Below, in pieces: positions 39,671 to 52,441 of a stretch of DNA of 64,000 nt. A program made the position numbers and the translations under genes. Location: assembly GCF_009914755.1 (NCBI RefSeq), contig NC_060926.1; one strand, given 5' to 3'. The notes beneath the pieces are model-generated. The model ran no database searches and was not told the DNA's origin. It saw only the letters and a list, made by a program, of their open reading frames with translations. Source of the stretch: the human T2T-CHM13v2.0 reference genome, Homo sapiens. Numbering within the stretch: the stretch's first letter is position 1; each line of letters opens with the position of its first letter.

Positions 39671-39749
39671 TTTGTCAGTTGTACCTTCATCTTGAACGTA
39701 ATGACTGCCTGTTACTTCCTCTGTGGTTTCATCCGAACCTAACGCGACA

Positions 39750-40375
39750 CTCCCCTGAAAGGTCTCCTCTCTCCCTTCCTTGCTCTTCTGTAGCCCATGC
39801 TTCACTTCTCAACTATGGTGATGTTTTGAAGATGTGAATTAGATTACATCATTCTTTTCTTCAAATCCTCAAATAATATTTAGAATATAATTCAAATCCT
39901 GGGTTGCCATGGTCTACAAGGCCTCAAATAAAATAGGTTCTGCCCACATCTTTGTTTCATTTTCTTTCTTTTCTCTGCCTCCAGGTTGGCACTTTTGTTC
40001 CTTTAACTCTTCAATTTACCTTGGTGCTTTGTACCAGCTGTTCCCCCAAAGTAGACAGCTCTCCATAGCTCTTCACACGGCTGCACTTCCTGCTACTCTC
40101 ACTTAAAGTCACTGCCTTGAGCCAATTTCGTTAATCTGGCTCTAAATAACAACACAACCCCATCTACACTACAGTTCATCCTAATACCAGTCTAATTTTC
40201 TTCATAACACCTATCATTATCTGAAATCATCTTAGTTGTTTCACTTTAGAATCCTCCTTCTCTCATGAGAAAGTAAACATTGTGCGGGCAGGGTCATGGT
40301 CTTGTTTGTCCTGTACTTCCCACCCGTACAGCAGTGCTGGCACTTAGTAGGTGCTCAGTAGATATTCGTTGACAG
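39750..40375 (+). mobile_element. L2 (L2a-like) 3' region
   Basis: 'tagaatataattcaaatcct..ccatggtctacaaggcc', 'ttcttcataacacctatcattatctgaaat', 'gggcagggtcatg', 'gcacttagtaggtgctcagtagatattcgttga'. Confidence 0.85.
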
Positions 40376-40382
40376 TATAAGA

Positions 40383-40865
40383 CAGAAGTCCTCAAATGTT
40401 GTCCAAGGACATTTGGTAGTCCCTGAGACTTTCGGGAGGGCCAAGGGCCAAAATCTTTTTCATCATCTCACAAATATACAACGGTGCTGTCTAGAGGCCA
40501 AAGGATATATGCTATCACAAAAGATTGCCTGCAGAAGTAGTTGTGAGAATCTAGCTCTCTTAAGCCAAACATCAAAGAGATTGTCAATAATGTAAAATAA
40601 GTCACTCTTCTCACAAAATTATCTTAGTGTTGGAATATAATTATTTTTCATAAAAGTACACAATTTATTTTAACATGCAACATGCAATGTGGTGGCTATT
40701 TTAAAATGAATTAATAAATATATAAATGTTTTCTCAGTCAATTCTCAATAGAGTAAACACTAATACATATACATAACCTATACAACAAACATAAACTTCT
40801 CAGAGGTTTTCAATACATTTAAAAAGTAAAAAGGGATCTTGAATCCAAAAATGTGAAAACCACTG
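40383..40865 (+). mobile_element. Charlie1-family non-autonomous hAT transposon (Charlie1b/MER119-like)
   Basis: TIR-like ends cagaagtcctcaaa / tgtgaaaaccactg; 'gcagaagtagttgtgagaatctagct..ttaagccaaacatcaaagagatt...cactcttctcac'. Confidence 0.8.
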
Positions 40866-41441
40866 AAACAGAATCTCATCAACTAGTCTCCATTATTCCC
40901 TAGAAAACATCCAGTAGAACTTTCTTCTCCAGTTAAAATTGCCCTCAAAGAAGGTTTTCTCTTTCCTGATATCCATGCTTTTGCTATTCATTGTTTATGA
41001 AATGTCTGTCTGTTTCTCTCTTTCTCATTTCTCCATGTTTGAAGTACACTTTAAAGCTGTCCAAAGTAGTCTTTTCCATGAAATTTGACTCATAGCTCTA
41101 CCACAAAAAGTTCTCTCTATATATACCTTTAGAGCATTAAGAACCTATACTACCAATTGACAATAGTATTGTTAATTATCTTCTCAAAGTGCCTGTAAAT
41201 CTCTCTAAAGGCAGAAACCTCTCTAAAGACAGAGACTGTCAGACAGTCATGGTGCAGCCTGTATGTACCATGCAGGAAACACAAAATGATAGCAGGATCT
41301 AGCCTCCAACAAACTCTTTTCTCTTAAAACCTAGTATGGGATGATAAAGATTAAATGGAAACAAAAGCATTGGTTAGCTATCCACCCAAAAATTAATATT
41401 CTGGCAATATTCACACCTTATAACTTTTGGGATTCACCACC

Positions 41442-42039
41442 CAAGGTAGACAGAATCCTCACCACCACCAGCAAAGAAGTCCAAATCCTAATTTCCAGAT
41501 CCTGTGAATATGTCCTTAAGACGTAATTAATGTTATAGATCTAGAAACAGAGGAATGATCCAGGATTATCTGAGTGGATCAACTCATTGCATGAGTTCTT
41601 CAAAGCAGGAGCTTTGTTTGGAGCAGGAGAGAAGTGGCAGAAGGGGAAGTCAGAGACATCTGAAGCATGAGAGGGACTTCACTTCCCACTGCTTGAAGAC
41701 AGAGGAAGGGGCACCTGGAAAGCATGAAATGGAATGAGGGCAGCCTCCAACCAAAATCCAGGCCCCCTGCTGACAGCCAACAAGGAAACTGGACCTTAGG
41801 CCCACAACCAGAAGGGAGTGAATTTAGTCAAAAAACCCGAATGGCTTGAAGCAGACTTAGCCTCAGAACTTCCAGAAAGGAACATGGCCCTGCCAACACC
41901 TTGCCTTTGGCCCAAGCAGAGGACCTACCCTAGACACATGATACTCAGACTTCTGACCTACAGAAGTGTGAAATAATAAATGTAGTCTGTTATAAGCCAT
42001 TGTTGGCTATTTTTACAGCAACCATAGGAAAGTAATAAA
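41442..42039 (+). mobile_element. MLT1E-type MaLR solo LTR
   Basis: 'ggtagacagaat...cctgtgaatatg', 'gctgacagccaacaaggaaactggacct', 'ccaacaccttg', 'gacttctgacctacagaagtgtgaaataataaatg'. Confidence 0.88.
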
Positions 42040-42970
42040 GCACTCATGGCATGTTCAATTCCAATAGCCCTTGCAGCAGACACACAAAACCACCAACTTC
42101 CTCTAAGCTCCAAGTACTGCACTCTGTCCACTCACCCTGCTGCCTTCTTTAACTTACAAATTATGCACACAGTAGGTATGTTTGCATAATTAAAAGATAA
42201 GTAGAAGAACTAATAGTCTTTAAAAAAAATTGTTCCTTTAGTTGTTCTGAATATATGTTTGTCCTTTGATAAAGGACTCTTTGCAAGGTTTCCGTATGAC
42301 ACTTTATTCTTAAAATTTTTGAGCAGTTAATTTAAAAGTGAATCCAAATGGATATCCAAATCTAAAGTCATCTAAACTGTTAGTAGTGTCAAATGAGATT
42401 GCTCCACCACAAGCTCCATTTGGAAAAGTAACCAGCACCTGACCTACAGCTGAGTTCCATGTAATTTAGTTGTCAAAGTGATGGAGCACAACTCTTCCAT
42501 TTAATTTCTATGACATCTGTATCAACTTGACTGTATCCTTTGCTGGGCCAATGGCAATTTTTCTGGACAAGATATGGTGTAAATGGCAGGGCCAAAACAC
42601 AGGAGAAAAAAAATGTAGGTGAAATTTTAAAAATAAGATAAAAGATCACATGTTTCCTAGGCATCCAAAATTTAAACCATCTATTTGATGATATTAAACT
42701 CAAAGTTGCTGTGACCTTATTGTATTAGTAATAATAGCACCAAGGTAACAAGTCCTTGGAATCTTTCTATAGCATAGACTATTAACTAGGCTCTAATAAA
42801 ATACCCTATTTTGTTCCCACTGCATGTCACTTTTGTAGGGCATATCTTGGAGTTAAGAAATAAAGATTGACCATATTTATTGATTGCTCATTCTCTTTAG
42901 AGAAAAATGTGAGGATAAGTTTTTTATTTGATACCTAGACCAATAGATTTCCAAAGAGCTGGGATCAAGA

Positions 42971-43130
42971 TTTTTTTTTTTTTTGAGACGCCCGGCTAAT
43001 TTTTGTATTTTTAGTAGAGACGGGGTTTCACCGTGTTAGCCAGGATGGTCTCAGTCTCCTGACCTCGTGATCTGCCCGCCTCGGCCTCCGAAAGTGCTGG
43101 GATTACAGGCGTGAGCAACTGCGCCCGGCC
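42971..43130 (-). mobile_element. AluY with about 135-nt right-arm deletion
   Basis: T14 tail, then gagacg|cccggctaatttttg joins the Alu 3' end to the start of the right arm; Y diagnostics 'ccgtgttagccaggatgg', 'gacctcgtga'; TSD gggatcaagattttt on both sides. Confidence 0.95.
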
Positions 43131-44214
43131 AGGGATCAAGATTTTTAAAATCTCTTAAATTGTCCGAAGGGTGCTTCTTCCACTACATCATAGACAGAAA
43201 TAAAATTTAGTTCTAGTTAGACACCCTGCTCTTTGAAATTAAAAAATAACTACATTAAAGTAGGCCTTTCCTTCCACTGATAAAATGTTCCAAAGTTATT
43301 TATCACACCTTGTCTATTACATTTTTGAACAGATAATATTTCTACTATCTAATTTTTTAAAGCATAAAAATATACAGAGAAAAGTTTCAATCTCATCATC
43401 TCTGTCTCTTATCTGTCCAGTTACCTGCACTCCCACAAACCCGTCTAAAACAACTATTGTCATTATTATTATTATATTGACTCTTCCAGAGTTGCTTTTG
43501 GCATATACAAACAGTATTATTATTACTGTATTTTATCTCACACTTTTGGTAACATACTTTACAGACAATTCTTTTCACAGAAGGCTAGCAAGTCTTACGG
43601 CCATTTGACAGATTAAAGCATCAAGGCTCAGGAAAATTAAACCTTTTGCCTACATATATACTGACACTTGAGAGTCTTGCATTTTTCTGAATGGTATTCT
43701 ATTTCTATCATACCTTATTACCTCTGTTAGCACATGATTACCTACCATCATTTATTATTCTCTGTCAGCGTCCTGCATATAAATCCCCATCACAAGGGAC
43801 TGAAAGGATCTTAGAATTCATTTAATCTTCTACTCATTCAGTATTTGCATCACATGGTAACTCCCATTCCTCTTCAATGCTTGGATACCTCCAGTAAGTT
43901 GTAAGCCCTTTAAGGATGGGAGACATTTTCTGCTATTGTTTTCCCTCTGTTATAATTTATCATCTACTCTTTTCTCTCTTCTATCAGGATAATTATAATG
44001 GCATAATCCCTTTTATGTGACTTCCCAGTCACAGTTAGTTTTTTACTATAAGAATAATTTGTAACCAGTCCCTCATAGGATCTCAGTGCTTGTCCATTGT
44101 TGCTTTTTCGTATATTTGATAAATATTCAATTTAGAATAATCATTGGTAATAACTTCTGTATCTTTACAAACTAATGACTGAAAATAATCATTATAATGT
44201 AAGACTCCTTTAAT

Positions 44215-44488
44215 TGGGTTTCCAAAAAGATTGTTTCATAGGAAATAAGACCTACTGGTATTCGAAGGAAAAAATAAAAGCATTACATGGTCAGGTAAGT
44301 AGGATTATTAGATATTCTTAGAAATTCACCGTGTCCATTATTATGTACAAAGCTCAGAGAAGTGGATATAACTTTGTTTAAACCAGAGTTTTCTAAACAT
44401 ATTTTCACATTGAACTCCTTTTCCAGATAACATAGATGAGCATCCTACAGGCCATTTTCATGAACCATACTATGGGGAAAAACGTTGC
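44215..44488. mobile_element. Charlie4a-like hAT transposon relic
   Basis: 'aattcaccgtgtccatta...aagctcagagaagt...taactttgtttaaaccagagttttctaaacatattt...gaactccttt...gaaccatactatggggaaaaacgttg'. Confidence 0.6.
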
Positions 44489-45869
44489 AAAAGACCATTT
44501 GTTTTTAAAAATGTTGTAATGAAAAAAAAAACAAAACAAAACCTCATTTGTATTCAGCATATGTAAAACACAGAAGAGAAAGCATATCTGAAAGAATGAC
44601 AAATAGCTCAGTTCTCTTTTCCAAGCTTCACAAAGCTACATAGTTCATCTTCTCAATATAACTCAAAGAAGAACAGAGAAAATTTTCTGTATGCACATAA
44701 ATGTATTCATAGCATTTTTTTGAATTTATAATGCCTTGGCCGCCACATCTCAGACTGAAGAATTAAAAACAACAGTATTTCATACTTTTCTTGATTTTTT
44801 TAAACTTCTCTTAGCCAAAGAAATCATACATTGCTGTACTTACATTGTATGATTATTTGTTATTTTAGATAACTCCTCAGATAAATTCACTAAATTAAAA
44901 CACTGTATCGAATATGTTTTGCTTTTTTGTCTGGACAGTCTTTTTATTGCAACATATAATGTAAAAAGTAATATTTATTCATTGTCACTGTTATAATTAT
45001 TTCTCTGATTTTAAAAACAGTAACAGACAAGTTTTTTTTCCCCCAGGATTCTCCATTATATCTAACTGAATTCCCCTATCAGGATGCCGTTTTTGTTTTG
45101 TTCTGCTTCCCCCTTTATAATAGGATATAAACAAGAGACAGAAGTTAAATCTCCAGTGAGAGAAAAGTAACACCTAACGAACAGACAAACAAACACAAAA
45201 ACTGGTAACAGTCTCAACATTCTCAAATGTTTTGCTCAAGCACTCTATTACTGTTAGTATTGCTCATTTCATTTAATTGTAAATAAGGTAGATTTTGCTG
45301 CTAAGCAAAATGATAGAAGCTAGATCTTCCTAAGGACAAACAGTTATAAGAACATCTGTACCTGAGGGCAAACCACCAGAAAAAGCAAGAAAAACTCCTA
45401 ATAGTGAGACAGAATGAGGGAAAGGGGAGAAAGACTAAAATGTACCTGCCAAGAAAATGGCATATGTTTAACAGATCCAGGTAACTCTTTTTTGATGATT
45501 GCAGTAACAGATAAATGCAGACTGACCTCTGCACCAGGTATTTCTAGATATCCAGATGGCACTCAAGGGAAGGGAGCAACCTTAGCTTAAAAGTTTTATT
45601 TCAGAAGGTGGTGGAGGGTTAAGAAGAAGGAAAGGTAAAGATGTGTCAACATCATCTTCTACAAGGCTTGTTCATATGTTATAGTCCATTTGAGAAAGGT
45701 TCATTTAAAGTATGTTTTGGTGATCAATGGTTGCCCAAATAGGCCCTGCCTCAGTAGAGAAACCCATGGAGTGCCATAAAGGGCATCAAGGATAGACCCA
45801 ACATAAAAGACTACTTACAGTAATTTAATAGCAACTTAATTCAGATCAGAGCTGTGCAATAATGAGGAA

Positions 45870-46090
45870 CGGTTAACTATGAATTGATGTTTATTGTATG
45901 TTAGAATTTGAGCTAAGAATTTAACATGGATTATAGATTACCCACTTAATTAATCCTATAGACAATCCTGTGAGATTCATTATACTAACTCATTTTCCAG
46001 GTTAGAAAATTGAAACAGACTGAATAAGAAACTTGCCTAAAGTCATATCGTTTCTACGTGGTAAAGGCAAGATTCATATCCAGAGCTGGG
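45870..46090 (-). mobile_element. MIR SINE
   Basis: 'ttaatcctatagacaatcctgtgag...cattttccaggttagaaaattgaaacaga...aacttgcctaaagtcata'. Confidence 0.75.
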
Positions 46091-47009
46091 CATTTTAAGT
46101 TTACTGTAGAATAAAATAAAATAAAAGCACAATTCAAAATATATTAAAATATATCTAGGGGAGCCAGCTCTGAGTTTAACTTACATCACTTCTGGTGGAT
46201 TGAATGGATTTCAGTGGTCACTCAGCTATATTATATATAAGTAGGAAATTTTCTAGGTATGGAAATATATAAACTGGATCAGATTCTAGAAGACAGCTGG
46301 TGGCCAATATTATCTTTATTATTCTCTACTGATAGAATAGTATGCATCCTCTTATATCAACAGAGAAGAAAGATTATAAAAGATTGATACTAATCCAAAT
46401 ATAGTTTTTTTAAATTGTTTCCAAGCTTGTCCTCTTGCTGGTTCACAATTGGGTCAAGCACAATTTTTAAAAATATATATTATTCATCTTTAGGCAAAGT
46501 TTCCTTACAATTCTTAAATCAAAGGGAGTAGGAAGTTTGCATTACCTAAGAAAATAGAAATAAAAGAAAAAATGAACATGGAACAGATTACTATTTCAAT
46601 ATGCTGCAGGATATTTGCAAAAATATTTAAAAGAGAGTTACTTTTCTAAAGCATTAATTTAGAAGCTAAAAATCTGAAAATTGAATTGATAAATAATGGT
46701 TTCATTTTAAGAAAGATCTTAAAATGTTATATGAGAAAATTAGGTCATATCACTTTTTTTTTTTAACATTGTTAGTCTTCAGGATTTTTGGCATAATTTA
46801 TATGTGTAAATTTATGTTTTTGTCTTATATTAATATTTTAGGGCTCTGTGTTTCATTTCTTTCATTTTACTGCTTTCCTTGATCTCATTACTTATGATTA
46901 ATTAGAATTTTTCAAAACCTAACCTGGCACAAATAAATACCAATGAAAGAAATAAGAAAATATTGGCCCTTCTATCACAATTAATGTAGCATATTAATAA
47001 TATATAATA

Positions 47010-47170
47010 TTACAATTTACAATAGTTTCTAAATATAAATTTCCTCATATTTTTCTCACGAAAACCTGTGAGTTAAATAAGGCAGGAATTATTATTGTCA
47101 TTTTACTGATAAATAAACTGATCTTTCAAGAAGTAAAATTACTTGCCTAAAGTTATGCAGCTTAATAACT
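47010..47170 (-). mobile_element. MIR fragment
   Basis: 'ctcacgaaaacctgtgag...attattgtcattttactgataaataaactga...acttgcctaaagttatgcagct'. Confidence 0.7.
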
Positions 47171-47210
47171 TACGAATAAAACATTTGTTTACAATATATA
47201 CACAGAAACA

Positions 47211-47213
<3 letters not shown>

Positions 47214-47243
<30 letters not shown>
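47214..47243. repeat. (AC)15 microsatellite
   Basis: Direct reading. Confidence 0.95.
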
Positions 47244-47245
<2 letters not shown>

Positions 47246-47561
47246 ATCCCCAGGAACTGCCGATTTCTAGCATAAATCTACTGTAACTCAGAACTGAATT
47301 AATAATTATCTAGTTTGCTGATAAGTTGACATTTTGACAAATGTGTCTCAGTATAAGAGGAAACCATACAAAGATGAATGTATTTACAAGTTTATTTGAA
47401 TCATAATACGAATGGGCTTAACTTCCAATTCTTTATTCAATTGGTCCATATTTTATCAATTTTATTTAAACAAATAAATGGGTACGATTCTATTGCTTTC
47501 AATAGATAAAACTGAATCAGACTGATGGTATCAATAATTATGTTAAACCTATCAAAGTATT

Positions 47562-47650
47562 TGAGGGCTTTGTGGTAGAAGTTAAATGTGATAATCCACG
47601 GAAGCACTTAGCAAGTGCCTGGTATACAGTAAGTGCTCCACAATTATGTG
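47562..47650 (+). mobile_element. MIR 3' fragment
   Basis: 'ttaaatgtgataatccacggaagcacttagcaagtgcctggtatacagtaagtgctc'. Confidence 0.75.
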
Positions 47651-49149
47651 AGTAACATGCTGCTTTATAACTAATCACAAAGAAGTGATCTGGCACTATG
47701 AATAAGATATATCTTGACTTTCATAATTTTAGATTACTGGATAATCTCCTGACCAATGCAGTTGGATTATTTCCAACCTCCCACATACAATGTTTTTCTT
47801 GAATAATTCAGTGGGAAATAAAGGAGATAAATGAAGTCTCAGAAAATCAGTTGCAGCTTCAACCTCATTTTGACATTTCCTTCTAAGTACTTCCATCCAC
47901 ACAAGTGAAATGCTGTTGCTGCCCCCAGAGACACCGCTGATGAGCCCATGCTTGTCACCTAATTCAGGAATTGCCCTTATGTTGATTGGCCTATGGCCCA
48001 TAGTGCGACCACACATAAAAGATCTGCACAGACAGGAATAGTGGTAATAAACAAAAACAATCAGAGGCTCTCCTACAAATTCTAATTAGAGATAAAGGAG
48101 TCAGTAAGTAGTACAAAGAAAAGCACAAAAATCACATATGGAGAAAAGAGGCAAACTGAGTAAAGTTACTCAGCAGTAGACTAGTAGAACAGTGATTCAC
48201 AAACTCTGCCATGGATCCCCGTCAAGCTTCCAAGTGCTAAACTTCATTCTGGTGTCTACTAGACATTGCTATCATGAGGTTCTTGTTCTCTCTTGAGCTC
48301 TTAATCATGTAGCTATTTTACAAAAACTATGGTTACTGCCTTCTTTACATCTTTGTCAATCCTTCAAAAGCATTTCCATTATTTAAGTAATGTAAGTGAA
48401 CTCTCAACAAAACAGTCTACTAACTCCAGGGTACTTTTTGATACATATACCTGCTGGGTTATATAGTCATTGCCTGTTCTGAGTTTGAGAAGACGGTTAA
48501 GACAATAATCACATCACGCATGAGATACATTCTAGTATATTTTATACAACAGGTTAGCAAATACTTCTGTTAATGGCAGGGAGACTGTTACTTTAGTAAA
48601 TAACCTGAGCTTATTGATAAGGGAAACTTGATAGCAATTGGAGAATTAGAATTAGAATTAGAATCTCTAATTCTCCAACTGGTAAATGACTCCTCTAAAT
48701 AGTTTATTCAAGATGAACATTGGCTTTACAAGAAATCTTCACAGCCAATAAAGTAGACACTAGCTGTGGTTTATAAAAGCTGAAAACACTATTAAATATT
48801 TCAGTTCTCTCTGATAGTGTTATATTTGACTCTACTTAGCCAAACATGTCAATTTCATAAGAAATCTATAAAATGTTATTGTTAAATGGGAATCTTATCA
48901 ATGACCGGTGCATTTTTAATTTCAATATGATAGCAGAAGGCAACCAATATAAGTCATATGAAAAGACATATTTGGATTTTTTTTTTTTTTTTGCTACAAG
49001 GCAAGGGTCATCTGAAACATTTCCCATTTCATATTTTGACAATTTATCCTTCATTGTTTAACATAAAGCCTTCTAGTTTTCCTTGTTTCATAAAATTTGA
49101 ACAATCATGAGGTGGTAGTAGCCCATTTATCTCATGGTAAATTTCAAAT

Positions 49150-49600
49150 GAACTTACACATGGTTTAGATGGGTTTAAAGTGGCAGCTGTAATTTTTGTT
49201 GGGTATATGCAGCTGTCTGTAATGATTCTGGTCATACATTTTCATTCACCTTATTGTCTGAATATTTTCTAAAGGAAAATAGGTGTGTATGTATTTGCTT
49301 GGCCCAACTTTGATATGTCTTGCTGGCTTTCATCACCTTTGGAAGAAATTGCATTTCCCAGTAAGCTGTTCCACAGTGGAATGATAAGTGATGACCATCC
49401 TGTGGATTTTCACAGCTGTACAAAAGACATTCAGGTGCACTTGTCTTTTGAATCAGAACCCAGTTAGCCCCTCGCACATTTACAAAATTGCTTTTGGGAG
49501 AGTCAAACCTGGATGACTTCCAAGCTAGTTAAAAATAATTCTGAAGAAAAGTGCAGTGCTGGTTCTTGGCGGTAGAAATGTGAGTTATGTTCAGCTGCAG
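49150..49600. promoter_or_regulatory. Candidate bHLH enhancer (E-box cluster)
   Basis: CAGCTG at 49184, 49210, 49413 and 49592, plus CACATG 49157 and CAGGTG 49432, in sequence with no recognised repeat. Confidence 0.3.
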
Positions 49601-51375
49601 TAGATTCCTTTCAGGCAGTTCTGATACCCATTTCAACTTCCAAATTTCTGGCAGACGTTATCTTGTACTTTCAGCTTTTTTGTGATAAACATATTGAAAA
49701 TTCAGTCAAACAGCTTTTTATCATTTCAAAACTTGAGCTCAAATTTAATCCTGCTGCCCTGATGAAGCCTGGGAAGCTGCTAGGGCATTTTCATTATATC
49801 CAGACTGGACTGCAGAACTCCTTGCCATTCTTCAGGACTCTGACAGCATCATTCATTTAGAACAATGTGATCGATCCAGAAGAAGCCAGCAGCAACAAAC
49901 TCTGGGTACTCATACGGAAGAGCATATCCTATCTAGTTGAAAAATGTTTCCGTCTTCATTCTTAGCCTAGAGATAAAATATCCCATCATTTGGACTTTAG
50001 ATCCTAGAAGATCTTACAGATTTTCCTACAGTATATTAACAGTGTTTACATTTAAATCTCAATCGTTAGCTACAGATGGATAATCTCCAACCAACAATGT
50101 TAGAGTTGTCTATCATTAATACATTTCCTATTTGTAAAAATGTGGATTGCTAACTGAACATTTTGTTTCTTATAAAGATTTCAGGTATTATATAGAAGTA
50201 ACCTACTAATCTTTGATATATGTAGGAATAGAATACTCATTAGTGTTTTAGGACTAACCTAAGAAAATTACGAGTTCCTAAGCTGGCCAACACTCAAGAT
50301 TAGAACTGATATAAATGAATCTGAAAGTTAAAGAACAATGGAGTTGAAAAAAGATTTAGAAATTATCTCATGTAACGATTCCTGATCTAGGTTCTTCAGG
50401 CACTCAAAAATAAATGGATAAGCAAGTACTAGTGGTTCATGAACTATTTTCAATACTTATAAAATTATCATAGAAACTGTAACTAAAGAGAATGCACAGG
50501 TTAACTGAATTGTCAATTTTAGCAGCATTTGATTGGAATTATATCACCTCTGTGGCAAAGCTTGGCATTTCTTCTTATTGGCCAATTAACTTTCTATGTA
50601 ATAAGATTTGTTGTTGCTGCTGGGAACAGGGCTTGAGTTTTCACTGCTAGAGCCTCGTTAGTAAGATAAAGGACTTAAAGTACCTGGTAAAAGGCAAGCT
50701 GCACAGTTTAAGAGAAGTTTCTTGACCTTGAATTGTTGTCCTCAACAACAGGCAGGGTACCTAAGTTACACAGAGGGAAGACTTATTTTCCCATAAAACA
50801 GGGTACCCTTACCTAAGACAACCCAATAAAGTGTGATGGGAAATAGGACCTCACACAGGAGGAGAAAGCAAATCTAAGGTGTAAAGTATCGGTGGGATCT
50901 AGTCTGCTTCTCTCCATTCCTCATTCTAGCTGTGCATCCTTTTCCCACTTTTTCTTTTCTTGAAACTACTCATGTAAGGAGCCAGAGCAGGGATCCAGGG
51001 TGACAGTGAAGAAACCCTAGGCTACAGAAGCCTGAATCAAGACCACTGTGTGAGCTTCCAGCCATAGCTCAATCCAGGCACTCAGATCAGGAACAAGCCT
51101 GTTGGTGCTTTGGCCATTGGCATTCACTGAGGAGAACAGGGTTCTATGCAGACATTTGATTGCCTGCTGATTTCTAACAGGGACTGTCCTCTGTTCATGG
51201 CTTTCCAAGAGCCAGCCTTTATGGGAGCCTCTCAGAGGTGACAAGGTCAGTATGGGCCCCTCCTCACAGCACTGATGCCTCACAGATGGCATCAGCTCGT
51301 ACCACAGGCAACCACATGAGCTTACTTGTTGAGGAATGAGCTTGGTATTGGTGGATGGCACGTGATATTTGCACA

Positions 51376-51647
51376 CATTTATTCAACAAATACTTATTGA
51401 ACACCTGTTATATGCTTGCTAGGTACTGAGATGAAACCCGGAACCATACATTGACTCTATCTTTATGGGGTTTACATTCTAGCAGGAAAAATATATTAAG
51501 TGTACAGTTACCAAAAATTACCAACAATTATGATAAGTACAGTGAAATAGAAATACACAGTGTTATGAGACATTATAGCAGGAGGATCTAATCTACTCTG
51601 GAGCATCAGAAACGGCTTCTCAGAGGAAGTAGCTTGTGAAGTTTGAC
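51376..51647 (-). mobile_element. L2 3' end
   Basis: 'catttattcaacaaatacttattgaacacctg...tttacattctagcagg...ggcttctcagaggaagt'. Confidence 0.85.
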
Positions 51648-51771
51648 AAGGGTGGCCATATAACCTATCATCCAAACTGAATCACTTCAGAGAAGGTACC
51701 ACTTTAGAAAGAGGGTGCCATTAACAAGTACCCACAGGATAACAGGCACCAAGAAGGATTTGGTTACCTGA
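51648..51771 (-). mobile_element. MER94-like hAT-Blackjack MITE
   Basis: 'agggtggccatataacctatcatccaaactg..cactt...gggtgccattaacaagtac..ggataacaggc...tggttacctga'. Confidence 0.65.
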
Positions 51772-52338
51772 GATATGACCTGAAGGAATAAAATCAGGAA
51801 GACCAAGAGGAATCTGAAAATACCCGAAATCTGCTTCTCATGGCTGGGACTGTTGTTTTGAACTGATCCTGGCAGACTTTTGGCCCACTGAGTGAGGACT
51901 GTTGTTCTATGCTTAAGGAATGAACTATTCATTGGTTCAAGTCTAAAATGTTAGAACTTTGGCTCATATTAAATTACTTGACCATTCTTAGAAGGAGGCC
52001 AACACTTGACATATCAGAACATTCCTCTAAGATCACAAGGCTATCAAGAATTCAATTAGAATGAAGGTCCTTTATTGGCCCAGTTCCCCAGAAATGCATT
52101 CCAGAAGATATATTTTGAGTTGATACATGTAAGACTCTACTATTACTGCTCAATGAGTGAGAAAAGAGATCTAGAGGTATCTGAATTGTTGACTAGAAAG
52201 CATCCACCAGAACATGTGCAATGAATAAACAAGATTTTCCTATATAAAGAAAGGTTGAGAGCAGATAAAATTGTTCGCTTGCAACTTTACATTGTGGGTG
52301 AACAGGGAGCTTTCAAAGGAGCTGCAGACTTGTATTAC

Positions 52339-52441
52339 CACTGAAGGTAATTCAACTGTCGACCACACGCCAGGAAAGAACCTCTTAAACAGATAATAAG
52401 TATTCCTGATAACTGCCAAAGGGCCTTGATATTTCAGCAAG
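52339..52441 (-). other. Candidate 103-nt minus-strand exon
   Basis: Strong acceptor 'tttattttcttttgcag|C' and moderate donor 'GTG|gtaata'; no transcript evidence. Confidence 0.2.
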
